Part shown: piece after piece, positions 32,480 to 41,711 of the stretch | Layout of the letters: each line of letters starts with the position of its first letter | Numbering within the stretch: the first letter of the stretch is position 1 | IMG/VR virus record: IMGVR_UViG_3300012964_000010 | Span: 63,321-127,320 of that record | From: a virus | DNA: 64,000 bases | Reading direction: 5' to 3' (one strand) | The notes under the pieces: generated by a model | Databases searched by the model: none | What the model saw: the letters and a program-made list of their open reading frames with translations, nothing else | Told to the model about the DNA's origin: nothing | Translations under genes and position numbers: made by a program

Positions 32480-32556
32480 TGGTGCGATATCGGAGAATCG
32501 AACTCCGGATTCATGGGTTTAGAGTGCCCAGCCGTTTACCACTAACTTAATATCGC
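32480..32556 (-). tRNA. amber-suppressor-like tRNA (CTA) with enlarged anticodon loop
   Basis: TGGG-CACTCTAAA-CCCA; perfect acceptor GCGATAT/ATATCGC, normal T arm, CCA end. Confidence 0.65.
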
Positions 32557-32689
32557 ATATGCATTCCAGCTCGCAACTTCTGGCCCAGGCTGTTATTGAA
32601 TTTACAATAGACAGATGTCTTATATGGCAGGATCTATGCGCATTCACACTCAATGCATATATGTATTGTATTAAATATACCGTCTGCGG

Positions 32690-33010
32690 TCAATCGGTGT
32701 GTTTATACAGATTCCACTTAGAAAATGTTACACGCTCTTTGTTAGAAACCACAGGCCTGGTACAGATAGCACTATAACCCATTGCATTATCAGGCTCAAA
32801 AAACATGTGATAATCGATGCCTTTTTCATCAAGTTTGCGTGCAATAGATAGAAGATCATCTTCGTCCTTAGCATGCAACAAAATGAGACTGGCAGTCGAT
32901 CCGGGATTCTCGAACCTTAACCCTGCTTCCCATGTTGCATGCCCAAGTTGCACAATCTTCTGTTCTGGTGAGATATCGTTACGAATGAAGGTATAAATAT
33001 ATGGATTCAT
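32690..33010 (-). CDS. Pth2-like (peptidyl-tRNA hydrolase II fold) protein
   Basis: Y.FIR.D...QKIVQLGHA, LILL and F.EPD....SAICT.P pattern. Confidence 0.65.
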   Translation of the reverse strand: MNPYIYTFIRNDISPEQKIVQLGHATWEAGLRFENPGSTASLILLHAKDEDDLLSIARKLDEKGIDYHMFFEPDNAMGYSAICTRPVVSNKERVTFSKWNLYKHTD

Positions 33011-34314
33011 ACTACACTCCCTTTTAATTTAAACAATGCATTTCGTTTGTTATACTTAGAGGTTGCAGTTAACCATTTTTCCCAGTTTATTTCAACTGGG
33101 CAATCTTCCGAGAGTGGATCTACAACAAGATCACCTTCTTTAGCATTGTATTCGGCATCTTTAATTCCATCTATATTATGTTCCCCTAACATAGAGTATG
33201 CTTTACCACTCCACCAGATTCGAACATTGTATTCTGACAGATTCATAGAGAAAGAATCTTCACACAGGCCGTTGAATTTGCCATCTTTGTCTTTTCGAAG
33301 TATTATACGCACAGGCAGGTATTTAGATAACCCGTATTTTAAGACTGTAAAAGTCTTATCTTCTTGAGATATAGTCATTTTAATCCTGCCTTTGTTGTTT
33401 TTGCCAATTCAAGCAATTTGGCAAGATCGTCTTCGGCTAACCATTTGGCCACTGAAGAATATTTTACTAAATTCAGAGAGCTTTTAAGAGAATATTGTGG
33501 ATCGGCACCGTTTATCAATTTAGTTTGATTGGTGATTGGCTTAAAAGATCTAAGAAGCCTATTCTTTGCACCATCTTGCCCATAACCACAAACAATAGCC
33601 GTTCTAATATCGTCCACATCTGAGCGTATATTTATTGCTCGGTAGAGACAGAGGGCTGCGATGTCTTCGCTTTTGATTTTCTTTTCGGCTGCAAGAGCCT
33701 TCCATTGTTGTCTAATATCTTTCATGATTTCTTCCTTAAAATAGTTTAAATGCTGACAATTGAAATGTTAACGAGTTCAAACGTTGTCTTAGGAAGAGTT
33801 AAGGTAAATCTACATCATGGTAGTTTCTCCGATTGTTAAGTTGTAATTGTATTTATACACGGTGTAAGTTGTCAATAGTATTCTGAACTTGTGTCATTGC
33901 CCAATCTAATTGGTCAACTGGCATATCATCCACTACCTTATCAATAGGCTTGGAAAGATCTTTGTGCGAATACATACGCTTGAAGATTATTTGATTTTCT
34001 TTGGGAAGTTGTACAAGACCTGCCTTTAGGGTATCTCTTGCAAATTTTTGAAGTTGATTGTTCATACATTACCTTTCAATCTCATCCACACCCTTTACAC
34101 GCTGGACACGGTATGTATTTTATAGATTCCATAGAATTATATGTTTATATAACAAGTAGATCTGTTGGCTTCAAAGACCACTGTGCTACACACCTTTATA
34201 CCTGTTATATAAACATACTATGCTTATATATTAAGTATTTCGTAGGTAGTCTTTTCTGCACGTCTGCTTACTCATTTATTATACTCGATACCTAATATAT
34301 AAACAAACTAATCA

Positions 34315-34406
34315 ACACAGATAACATAGGTTTCCCGTCCGGTAATGCTCGGCGGAGTCTCCACAAAGGCGCATGACTTCATGCTGCGGGTATATGTTAT
34401 TTGTGT
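34315..34406 (-). ncRNA. putative ~90-nt structured RNA
   Basis: Long closing stem ACACAAATAACATA/TATGTTATCTGTGT around a GC-rich core. Confidence 0.45.
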
Positions 34407-34421
34407 CTCTCAGTAGCTCAA

Positions 34422-35285
34422 CTATAACAAAGTTAAAGATGTTCCACAATCGGAGCAAAACTTTGAACTTGCCTTGTTCACTTTTCCACATGTAGAGCAT
34501 TTTTGCTTAGTGTGCACAGTAACCGCTTCCTTTACTTCTACATCACCGCTTTTTCCAACTAATCGTAGAATAATAGTATGTGAATTAACTTCGGCGTCGA
34601 AACCATAAACAGTAGTAAATTTCTGCTCAACTTTGGAACCGGGAACAGTAATACCAACATCATTTACATGTGCAGACTTTGACACAGGTGTGTCCGCTAA
34701 TGTTGATTCGGCAGATGCAGTTGCCGAAAATACCGCCTGTGGCGCAACCTGGTTGAGTGTCTGTGCGACAGCACCGAGTTTAATACTACGCTCATCGGCA
34801 ATAGACCCATTACCAACAGCATTGCATGTGCCGTATGTTGGACCTTCCCACCAATACCTTGGATGATAGTAATCGCGATAGTAGTGTTTCTCGTGATAGA
34901 TATATTTTTCTTTAATTTCAGCGTGTTCCTGCTCGAACCAGAATTCAACACGAACAATACCATCATCAATCTTAATGCCACGGGGACCATCTTCGATTGC
35001 CGCAGTGCGTTCAATAAATTTGAAGGCATTTCCTTCGTTCATATTTCCATTACGGATGAAGCGCTTTAATTCAGTTTCGGAGTTTGCATTGACAATAATC
35101 TCGGTACCGTCGAGTGCATCGGTACCATCAATATGAAGTGTAAACTTTACACGACGGCTATTGAGATTTTTAACTAAGACACTGAATTCGCTACCAAACG
35201 GTAGATGAACTATGTCTTTTGTTTCGCGGAGGATTTTACCGTTGTGTTTGATAGCCACGGCCAGCTTATTATTAATCATATTCAT
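34422..35285 (-). CDS. hypothetical protein with C-terminal double zinc ribbon
   Basis: CSTCG...FCSDCG. Confidence 0.65.
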   Translation of the reverse strand: MNMINNKLAVAIKHNGKILRETKDIVHLPFGSEFSVLVKNLNSRRVKFTLHIDGTDALDGTEIIVNANSETELKRFIRNGNMNEGNAFKFIERTAAIEDGPRGIKIDDGIVRVEFWFEQEHAEIKEKYIYHEKHYYRDYYHPRYWWEGPTYGTCNAVGNGSIADERSIKLGAVAQTLNQVAPQAVFSATASAESTLADTPVSKSAHVNDVGITVPGSKVEQKFTTVYGFDAEVNSHTIILRLVGKSGDVEVKEAVTVHTKQKCSTCGKVNKASSKFCSDCGTSLTLL

Positions 35286-35395
35286 ATTTTCCTTTTTAAC
35301 AGCACACAGAACAAGTGCTCAAAGTTTCAGTTCTGTTAGGTGTCCACCTGTTGGACAAAAGTATTTACCTCTTATGTTTAAGGTATACTCAGTGA

Positions 35396-35416
35396 AATAG
35401 GGACCGAAGTCCCTAT
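35396..35416 (-). terminator. terminator after tmRNA
   Basis: ATAGGGAC-TTCG-GTCCCTATTT. Confidence 0.7.
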
Positions 35417-35805
35417 GGTAATTTCTGTTACGAGGTATTTCCTACCCTAAGTAGCGTTTAGGCCACTAAAGCGAACATTTCGTTGTTTGCGTTTACGTTT
35501 TTTCTTGATTTACGGTCTTGCCTCCGTGCTGTCTGCTCTGATACTTATTACCCTGTCGAAACCATGACAGGCCCATCATAAATATACTTTGGAAGACCAC
35601 CTTTAAAACCTAAAAAATGGTATCCCATAGTAGTAAGATCATAAAGTAAAGGTGTCCAGCACACTCTTAATACCCTGTCGTTTTTGTCAACTTCGACAAA
35701 ATACTGTTTTACTTTTTTATCAATTATCATATATTTATGGTGGACCTGGCGGGAGTCGAACCCGCGTCCAGAATATCTTTCTCTTTACTTCATACAGCAA
35801 TAACT
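35417..35805 (-). ncRNA. ssrA: circularly permuted (two-piece) tmRNA, tag ANNEMFALVA
   Basis: Acceptor piece ...GGACGCGGGTTCGACTCCCGCCAGGTCCACCA (ends 35738) precedes coding piece GGGCCTGTCATGGTTTCGAC (starts 35574); G3.U70; tag frame GCA AAC AAC GAA ATG TTC GCT TTA GTG GCC TAA. Confidence 0.9.
35548..35730 (-). CDS. small ORF in the tmRNA intervening segment
   Basis: 60-aa ATG ORF filling the spacer and overlapping the coding-piece 5' end. Confidence 0.4.
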   Translation of the reverse strand: MIIDKKVKQYFVEVDKNDRVLRVCWTPLLYDLTTMGYHFLGFKGGLPKYIYDGPVMVSTG

Positions 35806-35820
35806 TACATTATATTTATC

Positions 35821-36489
35821 TTACCACAATAAGTCAAAGTTACCACGCAATACCTTTGCCACACTTGCGGATCTTCCAGTTATATGATCTTTCACAATAT
35901 CATCTTGGAAACGATAAGTTCTAATCTTGTCACCTCTCATACCAGAACCAACCTGTTCCTTACGATTTGATGCAAGAGTAATATATTGTTCGGATGTATC
36001 ATTATCCTTAAGTTGATTTAATAAAGATGTCTTTGCTTGTTCTAAACTGTTTAACCTTGACCGGCATTGTGCAGTTGCTACTATACCGCTCTCGATGTGT
36101 GTTATACGGCACGAATTTTGGTGTTTATTGCGGTGCTGACCGCCTGCACCTGTACCACTATACCACTCGATTCTAAAATCAGAATCTTTATATTGTTTTT
36201 CTTGTGTTTCAGAATTTATTATTGCAACAGTTACGGTACTTGTATGTACTCGTCCTTTGCGTTCTGTAGGCGGAACACGCTGTATTCGGTGGCCGCCCGA
36301 TTCATTCTCTAATGTAGATAAATCTTTGCCGCTGACTTCAATGTGTATTTCTCCGGGCTGTTCTTTAACTACTTGATTGATTCAGCCGACCCGACTAAAA
36401 TGCCGTTGATATGCCTGAGCAAGATCTGCCATAAATAATTTGCTATCTTCGCCGCCTTCTGCGGCACGAATTTCGATTACACGTTTCAT
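35821..36489 (-). CDS. RF1-like peptide chain release factor lacking domain 1, with in-frame TGA at codon 36
   Basis: Manual translation MKRVIEIRAAEGGEDSKLF...SRVG*INQ...ESGGHRIQRVPPTERKGRVHTST...GTGAGGQHRNK...GSGMRGDKIRTY; 223 codons in one frame; GGAG RBS. Confidence 0.88.
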
Positions 36490-36777
36490 GTGCCTTCTCC
36501 TTAAAATAAACTTCGCTTAATATTAAACATCATCTTCAACGCAGTAAGATCGTGTGTTTTTATATCCATTCTGAATTGTTGATAACCTGTAATTCTGATA
36601 GTATAGTCATTTGCTGATGATTTATCAAACTGTGTTTCACCGATCGGTTTCGCAGTGGGTAATCCATTAATTCTTAGATACTCTAAGAATGCAGATCTAT
36701 CTTTTGTGTCTAAAAAAAATGTTACCATACCTGTTTATTCAGTTAATAATATAAAATCAATATAACAGATTTTAACA

Positions 36778-37056
36778 TTATTTGCAAGCATTAAGTTTTG
36801 AATTAAGTTCAATTTCGTAAGCAGCGCTGAGTTTTCTGTCCGATAGCAAGCACTTAACTTTTTCAAATATATCTGCGTTTTCGTCTAATTTTAGAAAACA
36901 GTAATCAGGTGCAGGTGGTGCTTCTTCCTTGCAGGGTGTGGCAATAGGAATTTCAACCTTCTGTGTTACGACACGGACTTCTGGTTCCGGCGACTTGAAA
37001 CAGGCGCAACCAGCAAGTGTTAAAATAGGAATCAATAATAATAATTTATTTTGCAT
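36778..37056 (-). CDS. o-spanin (lipoprotein)
   Basis: Lipobox LAGC, Pro-rich, overlaps the upstream i-spanin. Confidence 0.7.
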   Translation of the reverse strand: MQNKLLLLIPILTLAGCACFKSPEPEVRVVTQKVEIPIATPCKEEAPPAPDYCFLKLDENADIFEKVKCLLSDRKLSAAYEIELNSKLNACK

Positions 37057-37459
37057 TTCTTAATTCCTCAGTTATAAGTTGATTAGCATTATCACACTTA
37101 TTAGCATTCTGCTGAGGCTGACGTTTAAGAAGATCCGCAGCCTGTTTTTTATATTTGGCGGCGGTATCTTGTGCTGCCTTAAGTTCAATAACATGTTGTT
37201 TTGCACGTTCATCGGCTGCATTCTTAAATCTTTCAACTTCTTTGTTCTGAAATTCTAAATCATTCTTCAATTGTGCTACGTTTGCCTGTAAGTCAATTAC
37301 CTTATTGTTAAGTATTGTTTTCTCGGCTACTAAAGTTGCCTCTTCGCTTCGTAGAATCTTAATATAAAGCACCTCACTGGCAACAATAGCAAGTATAATA
37401 CCTACAACGATAAATGATTTATTTTTTAAGAAAAATGCTAAGATTTCAGTAATTCCCAT
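37046..37459 (-). CDS. i-spanin
   Basis: N-terminal TM helix plus coiled coil, C-terminal Cys. Confidence 0.7.
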   Translation of the reverse strand: MGITEILAFFLKNKSFIVVGIILAIVASEVLYIKILRSEEATLVAEKTILNNKVIDLQANVAQLKNDLEFQNKEVERFKNAADERAKQHVIELKAAQDTAAKYKKQAADLLKRQPQQNANKCDNANQLITEELRNAK

Positions 37460-37500
37460 ATAATATACCTCGTGTATAAAGTACTATATTTATCAATACA

Positions 37501-38475
37501 TTATTCTAACAGATTAACCTGCTTAGATAATGGTATCCATATACTCCTGAGTGTTTCAATGCCTTTGCTAAATCCTTCTGGTGTAACTTCTTTTTCATCC
37601 ACAAAAATAAGATTATCTCGATAGTATTGTTTGACCTCAGGTGTATGCATAGCATTGGTAAACGCATCCCGATACCATTCTACAATCTCGTGTGGTGTGT
37701 TAGGTGGTAACATTAAAGCCCATGCTGCATAGATATTAATAAAGGCTCCATTAATACGAATCGGTTCTGCTTCAGACATCTGCGGCATTGTACGATTCCC
37801 GGTAATGCCGATAATCTTAACTCTTCCCGATTGTATAAGAGGCAATGCAATACTCAATGGCATAATGCCAAATTCCATACCGGTGTCTCCGGCTACACTG
37901 GTTACGGCTTGAAGTGGTCCTTGGTGAGTAGCAAACCTAATCTTGCTTTTGTCGCCACCTGCCTTAAGCATAAAATATTCATACGCCATTCTATGTGCCC
38001 CAGCGCCACCGGCAAATGTTACCGGACGATCTGGATTTTGCACAAGTTTAATTAATTCTGCTGTGGTATTAACCTTACTCTTGGCATTTGCCACAAACAC
38101 CAGTGGACTCTTTCCCATTCCCATAACATTTGAGAAACTGTTATATTGAAACTTTTTAACATCCTTCTGCCAGATATCATTTGTTACAAAAGTTCCCATA
38201 TAGCTCGGTATGCCGATGGTATATCCGTCGGGTTTTGCACTGTATAAGGCATTGGTTGCAATAACACTATCTGCACCCGGTTTTAATTCAATTACGAATT
38301 TTGCATTAGGATGAGTTTTACTAACTGCGGCAGCTAATACCCTAAAACCCACTTCATTGCCCGAACCGGGTTGAAATCCAATAAGAACTGTTATTGGTTT
38401 ACTGGCAACGGGCTGCCATGCAAACGATGAACATGGAATCAGCGCTATAGATAATATCTTGAATAAAAATTTCAT
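37501..38475 (-). CDS. Bug/TctC tripartite tricarboxylate transporter solute-binding protein
   Basis: KPIT...GF.PG.G, KPGA.S.IA, A.PDGYTI, SGRVK.IG.TG and P.NTP.EIV motifs. Confidence 0.85.
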   Translation of the reverse strand: MKFLFKILSIALIPCSSFAWQPVASKPITVLIGFQPGSGNEVGFRVLAAAVSKTHPNAKFVIELKPGADSVIATNALYSAKPDGYTIGIPSYMGTFVTNDIWQKDVKKFQYNSFSNVMGMGKSPLVFVANAKSKVNTTAELIKLVQNPDRPVTFAGGAGAHRMAYEYFMLKAGGDKSKIRFATHQGPLQAVTSVAGDTGMEFGIMPLSIALPLIQSGRVKIIGITGNRTMPQMSEAEPIRINGAFINIYAAWALMLPPNTPHEIVEWYRDAFTNAMHTPEVKQYYRDNLIFVDEKEVTPEGFSKGIETLRSIWIPLSKQVNLLE

Positions 38476-39083
38476 TAAGTTTCCTGTTTAAAAATCGTAA
38501 CCGAAACATCAGAATATTTGTCAAAATTAGCCGATACTGTATATCCAAATATGGAATTAATCCATTCAGAAGTAAAATATGACCATCTCAGATTATGATC
38601 ATCTGCAAATTTCAATATTGCTAAGTTTTGTTCCTGAATAGCCATCATCAATGCTTCGCCGTTATTATAAAATCTATAATTAGGGTATTGAATACTAAAT
38701 CCGCCGGCTTGATGCCACCATTGATAACTGACATAATTTGGACGATAAATCATCATAATCCAATCTTCGGGAAAGAATTCTTTGATTAATTGCAATTTAT
38801 AGGCCCAATCGTGACTCTTAATCAATCGAGTCCCGCCCAGTTCTGTCCATACATTATCGATATACGAAGGATTAAGGAATGGATCAAATTCCATACCTCT
38901 GCCAAAGTATGCACCTTTATGCCCGCTATATTCTCCATGTTTATATTCGCGGTCGGGTGTACGATCGCTGGTATTAAAACCTGGTATTGTTTCAATTATT
39001 TGTGCGACACCACTCCATCTGCTACCTGGTACACCAGTAAAAAATATTCTTTTTGGCAATGCCATACTTAGCGTTTTCTCCAT
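38475..39083 (-). CDS. P-loop/sulfotransferase-like hypothetical protein
   Basis: IFFTGVPGSRWSG and LIKSH motifs. Confidence 0.45.
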   Translation of the reverse strand: MEKTLSMALPKRIFFTGVPGSRWSGVAQIIETIPGFNTSDRTPDREYKHGEYSGHKGAYFGRGMEFDPFLNPSYIDNVWTELGGTRLIKSHDWAYKLQLIKEFFPEDWIMMIYRPNYVSYQWWHQAGGFSIQYPNYRFYNNGEALMMAIQEQNLAILKFADDHNLRWSYFTSEWINSIFGYTVSANFDKYSDVSVTIFKQET

Positions 39084-39619
39084 TCGGCGTATATTCTGTT
39101 ATCATCCATAATAAGTGCTTCAATTCTACAACCGAATTTGTCCGAATACTTGATGTTTTTATCATAAGACCAATCAAAGAAGTCTATTTCTTGACATTCT
39201 ATGTTTCCGTGATCTTTTCTTCCTGGATTTTGACGCCAGTAGATCATTCCGCCCGGCTTACACCACGAAACAATTTTCTCAATTTGTCTAAGAATTGTTT
39301 GTTCATTGCCGAAGTTAACTGAACCGAGACAGAAAATTACATCAAAGTTTGCTGCATTTGGATTAAAATCCTCAATAGAAATTTCAATATCTGCGGCAGA
39401 ATTGTATGGGTCAATGCCAAGCAAACGATCGCCAAAATATTGTTTGAATTGATTATATCCGCACCCGACATCAAGAATAGAATCAGTTGGGTTAACCTTA
39501 TTAACCAATGCCCAACCCGAATAGGTATATTTGTCGGTATTGGGTTTCCATATATGTCTAAAATAATTATTGAGTAATTGAGTTGTCATAGCGTATTTAG
39601 TGAGTATAAAAGAGAACAC
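39068..39619 (-). CDS. class I SAM-dependent methyltransferase
   Basis: ILDVGCG, FDVIFCLGS and KPGG motifs. Confidence 0.8.
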   Translation of the reverse strand: MFSFILTKYAMTTQLLNNYFRHIWKPNTDKYTYSGWALVNKVNPTDSILDVGCGYNQFKQYFGDRLLGIDPYNSAADIEISIEDFNPNAANFDVIFCLGSVNFGNEQTILRQIEKIVSWCKPGGMIYWRQNPGRKDHGNIECQEIDFFDWSYDKNIKYSDKFGCRIEALIMDDNRIYAEWRKR

Positions 39620-39651
39620 CCTTAATCCGTGAAAGAATTAAGGGTGTAAAT

Positions 39652-39726
39652 TGGACCCGCTACCAGGAATCGAACCTGGATCCCAACGTTCGTAGCGTTG
39701 TGTACTTTCCATTGTACTATAGCGAG
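39652..39726 (-). tRNA. tRNA-Arg(ACG)
   Basis: CAACG-CTACGAA-CGTTG. Confidence 0.9.
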
Positions 39727-39731
39727 ATATT

Positions 39732-39806
39732 TGGCAGGGGGCCAGGGGATCGAACCCTGTCACCTACGGTCAAAGCGTAGTATCTGCTCCAATCGATTTG
39801 CCCCCA
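39732..39806 (-). tRNA. tRNA-Gln(TTG)
   Basis: CTACG-CTTTGAC-CGTAG, U1-A72. Confidence 0.85.
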
Positions 39807-39811
39807 ATAAA

Positions 39812-39877
39812 ACAGAATACTTTTTCTTTTCAAAGATAATGGTTTTGAAATTTTTAAATTTGCTGGAAGTACTCTTT
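39812..39877 (-). ncRNA. Y-RNA-like element (copy 4)
   Basis: AGAGTAC/GTATTCT stem, TTCCAGCAA motif, internal hairpin TTTCAAA/TTTGAAA. Confidence 0.7.
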
Positions 39878-39886
39878 AAAACTAAA

Positions 39887-39972
39887 ACAGAATTCTTTTA
39901 ACAAGTCCTGTTACAGACCCGATTGGAGTTGAACCAATTTTAACCATAAGGTTGTTGCTGGAAGAATTCTTT
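39887..39972 (-). ncRNA. Y-RNA-like element (copy 5) with T-arm
   Basis: AGAATTC/GAATTCT stem, TTCCAGCAA motif, ATTGG-TTCAACT-CCAAT. Confidence 0.7.
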
Positions 39973-39977
39973 AAATT

Positions 39978-40055
39978 TGGTACCCAGGATGGGATTCGAA
40001 CCCACACTGTAGAGATTTTAAGTCTCCTGTCTCCTACCTATTGCACTACCTGGGC
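39978..40055 (-). tRNA. tRNA-Leu(TAA), short variable arm
   Basis: Loop CTTAAAA; 78 nt. Confidence 0.85.
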
Positions 40056-40420
40056 GTAATTCTTTATTGTTGAATTAAAACTTTTCTATAACAGCCGCAT
40101 TCCGGAAAATAACGCATTTCTTCAAGATACATTACACCATTAATGAATACAGTATTTGTTGAATACATCGGCTGCGGAGCGGCATATACCGGCGCGGATG
40201 GAAGAAGTGCATATCCAATGGCTCCACCAATGACTAACGGTGCTACCCAATCATTATTATGATATCCGCCATAATGCCTGTGTTCCTCATATCGAAACCC
40301 GTGCGCAAATACTGAGAATGATACCGCTGATAAAATCACAAATAGTAGCTTCTTCATATATTGTCTCCGTTTAATCTATTTAGCTATCTTGTTCTTATTG
40401 ACTAATTTTTATTATACTGC

Positions 40421-40509
40421 AGGGTGGAGATGGATTCGAACCACCGATGGATACATACGTAGTTTCCTGCTTTGCAGACAGGTGCCTTCGACCGCTTGGC
40501 TATCCACCC
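40421..40509 (-). tRNA. tRNA-Cys(GCA), long variable region, no encoded CCA
   Basis: CCTGT-CTGCAAA-GCAGG, U73. Confidence 0.75.
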
Positions 40510-40985
40510 ATAGACATCTAATATCGTAGAGGCCACCATCTTCAGGGAATCGGGCATACCACCAAGGACTTACTTTCGTACCCAGGCTTCTTAGATTGTT
40601 CCTTCTGGTCCAAGTTCTGCTTGTAATTTCTTAATTAAGGCAAGCTTGGATTCTCTATCTTTTAATTCTTTCTTATGTTTTCGAACAAGCGCGGCGTCGG
40701 CCCTCTTTTTCTTCTCTTCGGCTTCTTTTCTCTTTTCTTCTTTCACCAAAGTCTTATAATCGGAGATTGTTTTTGCAATAAATTTCTTAGGTTCAGCTGG
40801 TTGTTCCATGATCTGGAATCCCATGCGATAGGATGCTTGTACCAAGTCATCGAATTCTTCGTCGGTTACTTCTTCCCAATTAGTAATACTCTGTAAAATT
40901 GTTTCGTAATCATCGCCGTAATTATAATAGCAATTTTTAGTAATGATAATAGCAATCTTGTGTGCCATATAATACCTCTATTAAG

Positions 40986-41048
40986 TCAGAATGTGCTTTT
41001 TAGTTTCATTTACTGTGAAATTGTTTTAATTTGCTGAATACATTCTTT
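40986..41048 (-). ncRNA. Y-RNA-like element (copy 6) with GTA anticodon-like hairpin
   Basis: AGAATGT/ACATTCT stem, TTCAGCAA motif, TTTCA-CAGTAAA-TGAAA. Confidence 0.72.
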
Positions 41049-41055
41049 AGGAATC

Positions 41056-41141
41056 TGGTGGAGCAGATAGGATTCGAACCTATTCAGCCTAAGGCGCCTG
41101 ATTTACAGTCAGGAGAGACTCTCCAACGTCCCCGCTACTCC
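41056..41141 (-). tRNA. tRNA-Tyr(GTA)
   Basis: CCTGA-CTGTAAA-TCAGG, long variable arm. Confidence 0.9.
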
Positions 41142-41148
41142 AAATTTT

Positions 41149-41223
41149 CCATATTAAAACACACTGCTGTCCACTTCAGCCAGCGCGCCAGAGGGATTCG
41201 AACCCAAGTGTGTTTTAATATGG
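41149..41223 (-). ncRNA. long-stem RNA enclosing a T-arm
   Basis: 17-bp stem CCATATTAAAACACACT/AGTGTGTTTTAATATGG around GGGTTCGAATCCC and a D-like segment. Confidence 0.55.
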
Positions 41224-41345
41224 AAATAGCAGCCAGGGAGTCACGTTTGCTTATTCTGTCCACTGTGTAGTTTGCTTTCTCTTGAGCTTTGCCGCTAAAC
41301 GAACCGCATTACTCCGCTACAGTCCCTTGCGAGGACGCCACATTA

Positions 41346-41477
41346 CCATATTAAAACATACTACGGAGTCGAACCGCCTTGCCGCGACTTCCCCACCGGG
41401 GGTTTTGACATCTTCCAGTAGCAGAATTTCCGCCGCTAAACGGATCTGATAGTAAATGCTAATATGTTTTAATATGG
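41346..41477 (-). ncRNA. second long-stem RNA enclosing a T-arm
   Basis: CCATATTAAAACATA/TATGTTTTAATATGG stem around GCGGTTCGACTCCGT. Confidence 0.5.
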
Positions 41478-41548
41478 TAGGCCCGTTCGGTAACGATCCG
41501 AATTTTACTGGTTAAAAGCCAGTTACTTCACCTTAAAGTTTCAAGCCC
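41475..41548 (-). tRNA. tRNA-Lys(TTT), atypical T-loop
   Basis: ACTGG-CTTTTAA-CCAGT; T-loop ATCGTTA. Confidence 0.82.
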
Positions 41549-41711
41549 ATATATAATCTGTATCGATTGTCTTTTTCGTGCCAATCGAAGATCATACATG
41601 GGATCTAAGATTGACACATGCGTTTTGCATGTTTCATAATTTTTCCTAATTATAGTGGAGCACACTATAGCAGACTTGCACTGCTCACTGTTTTTCTTTA
41701 ATGCACTCTAA

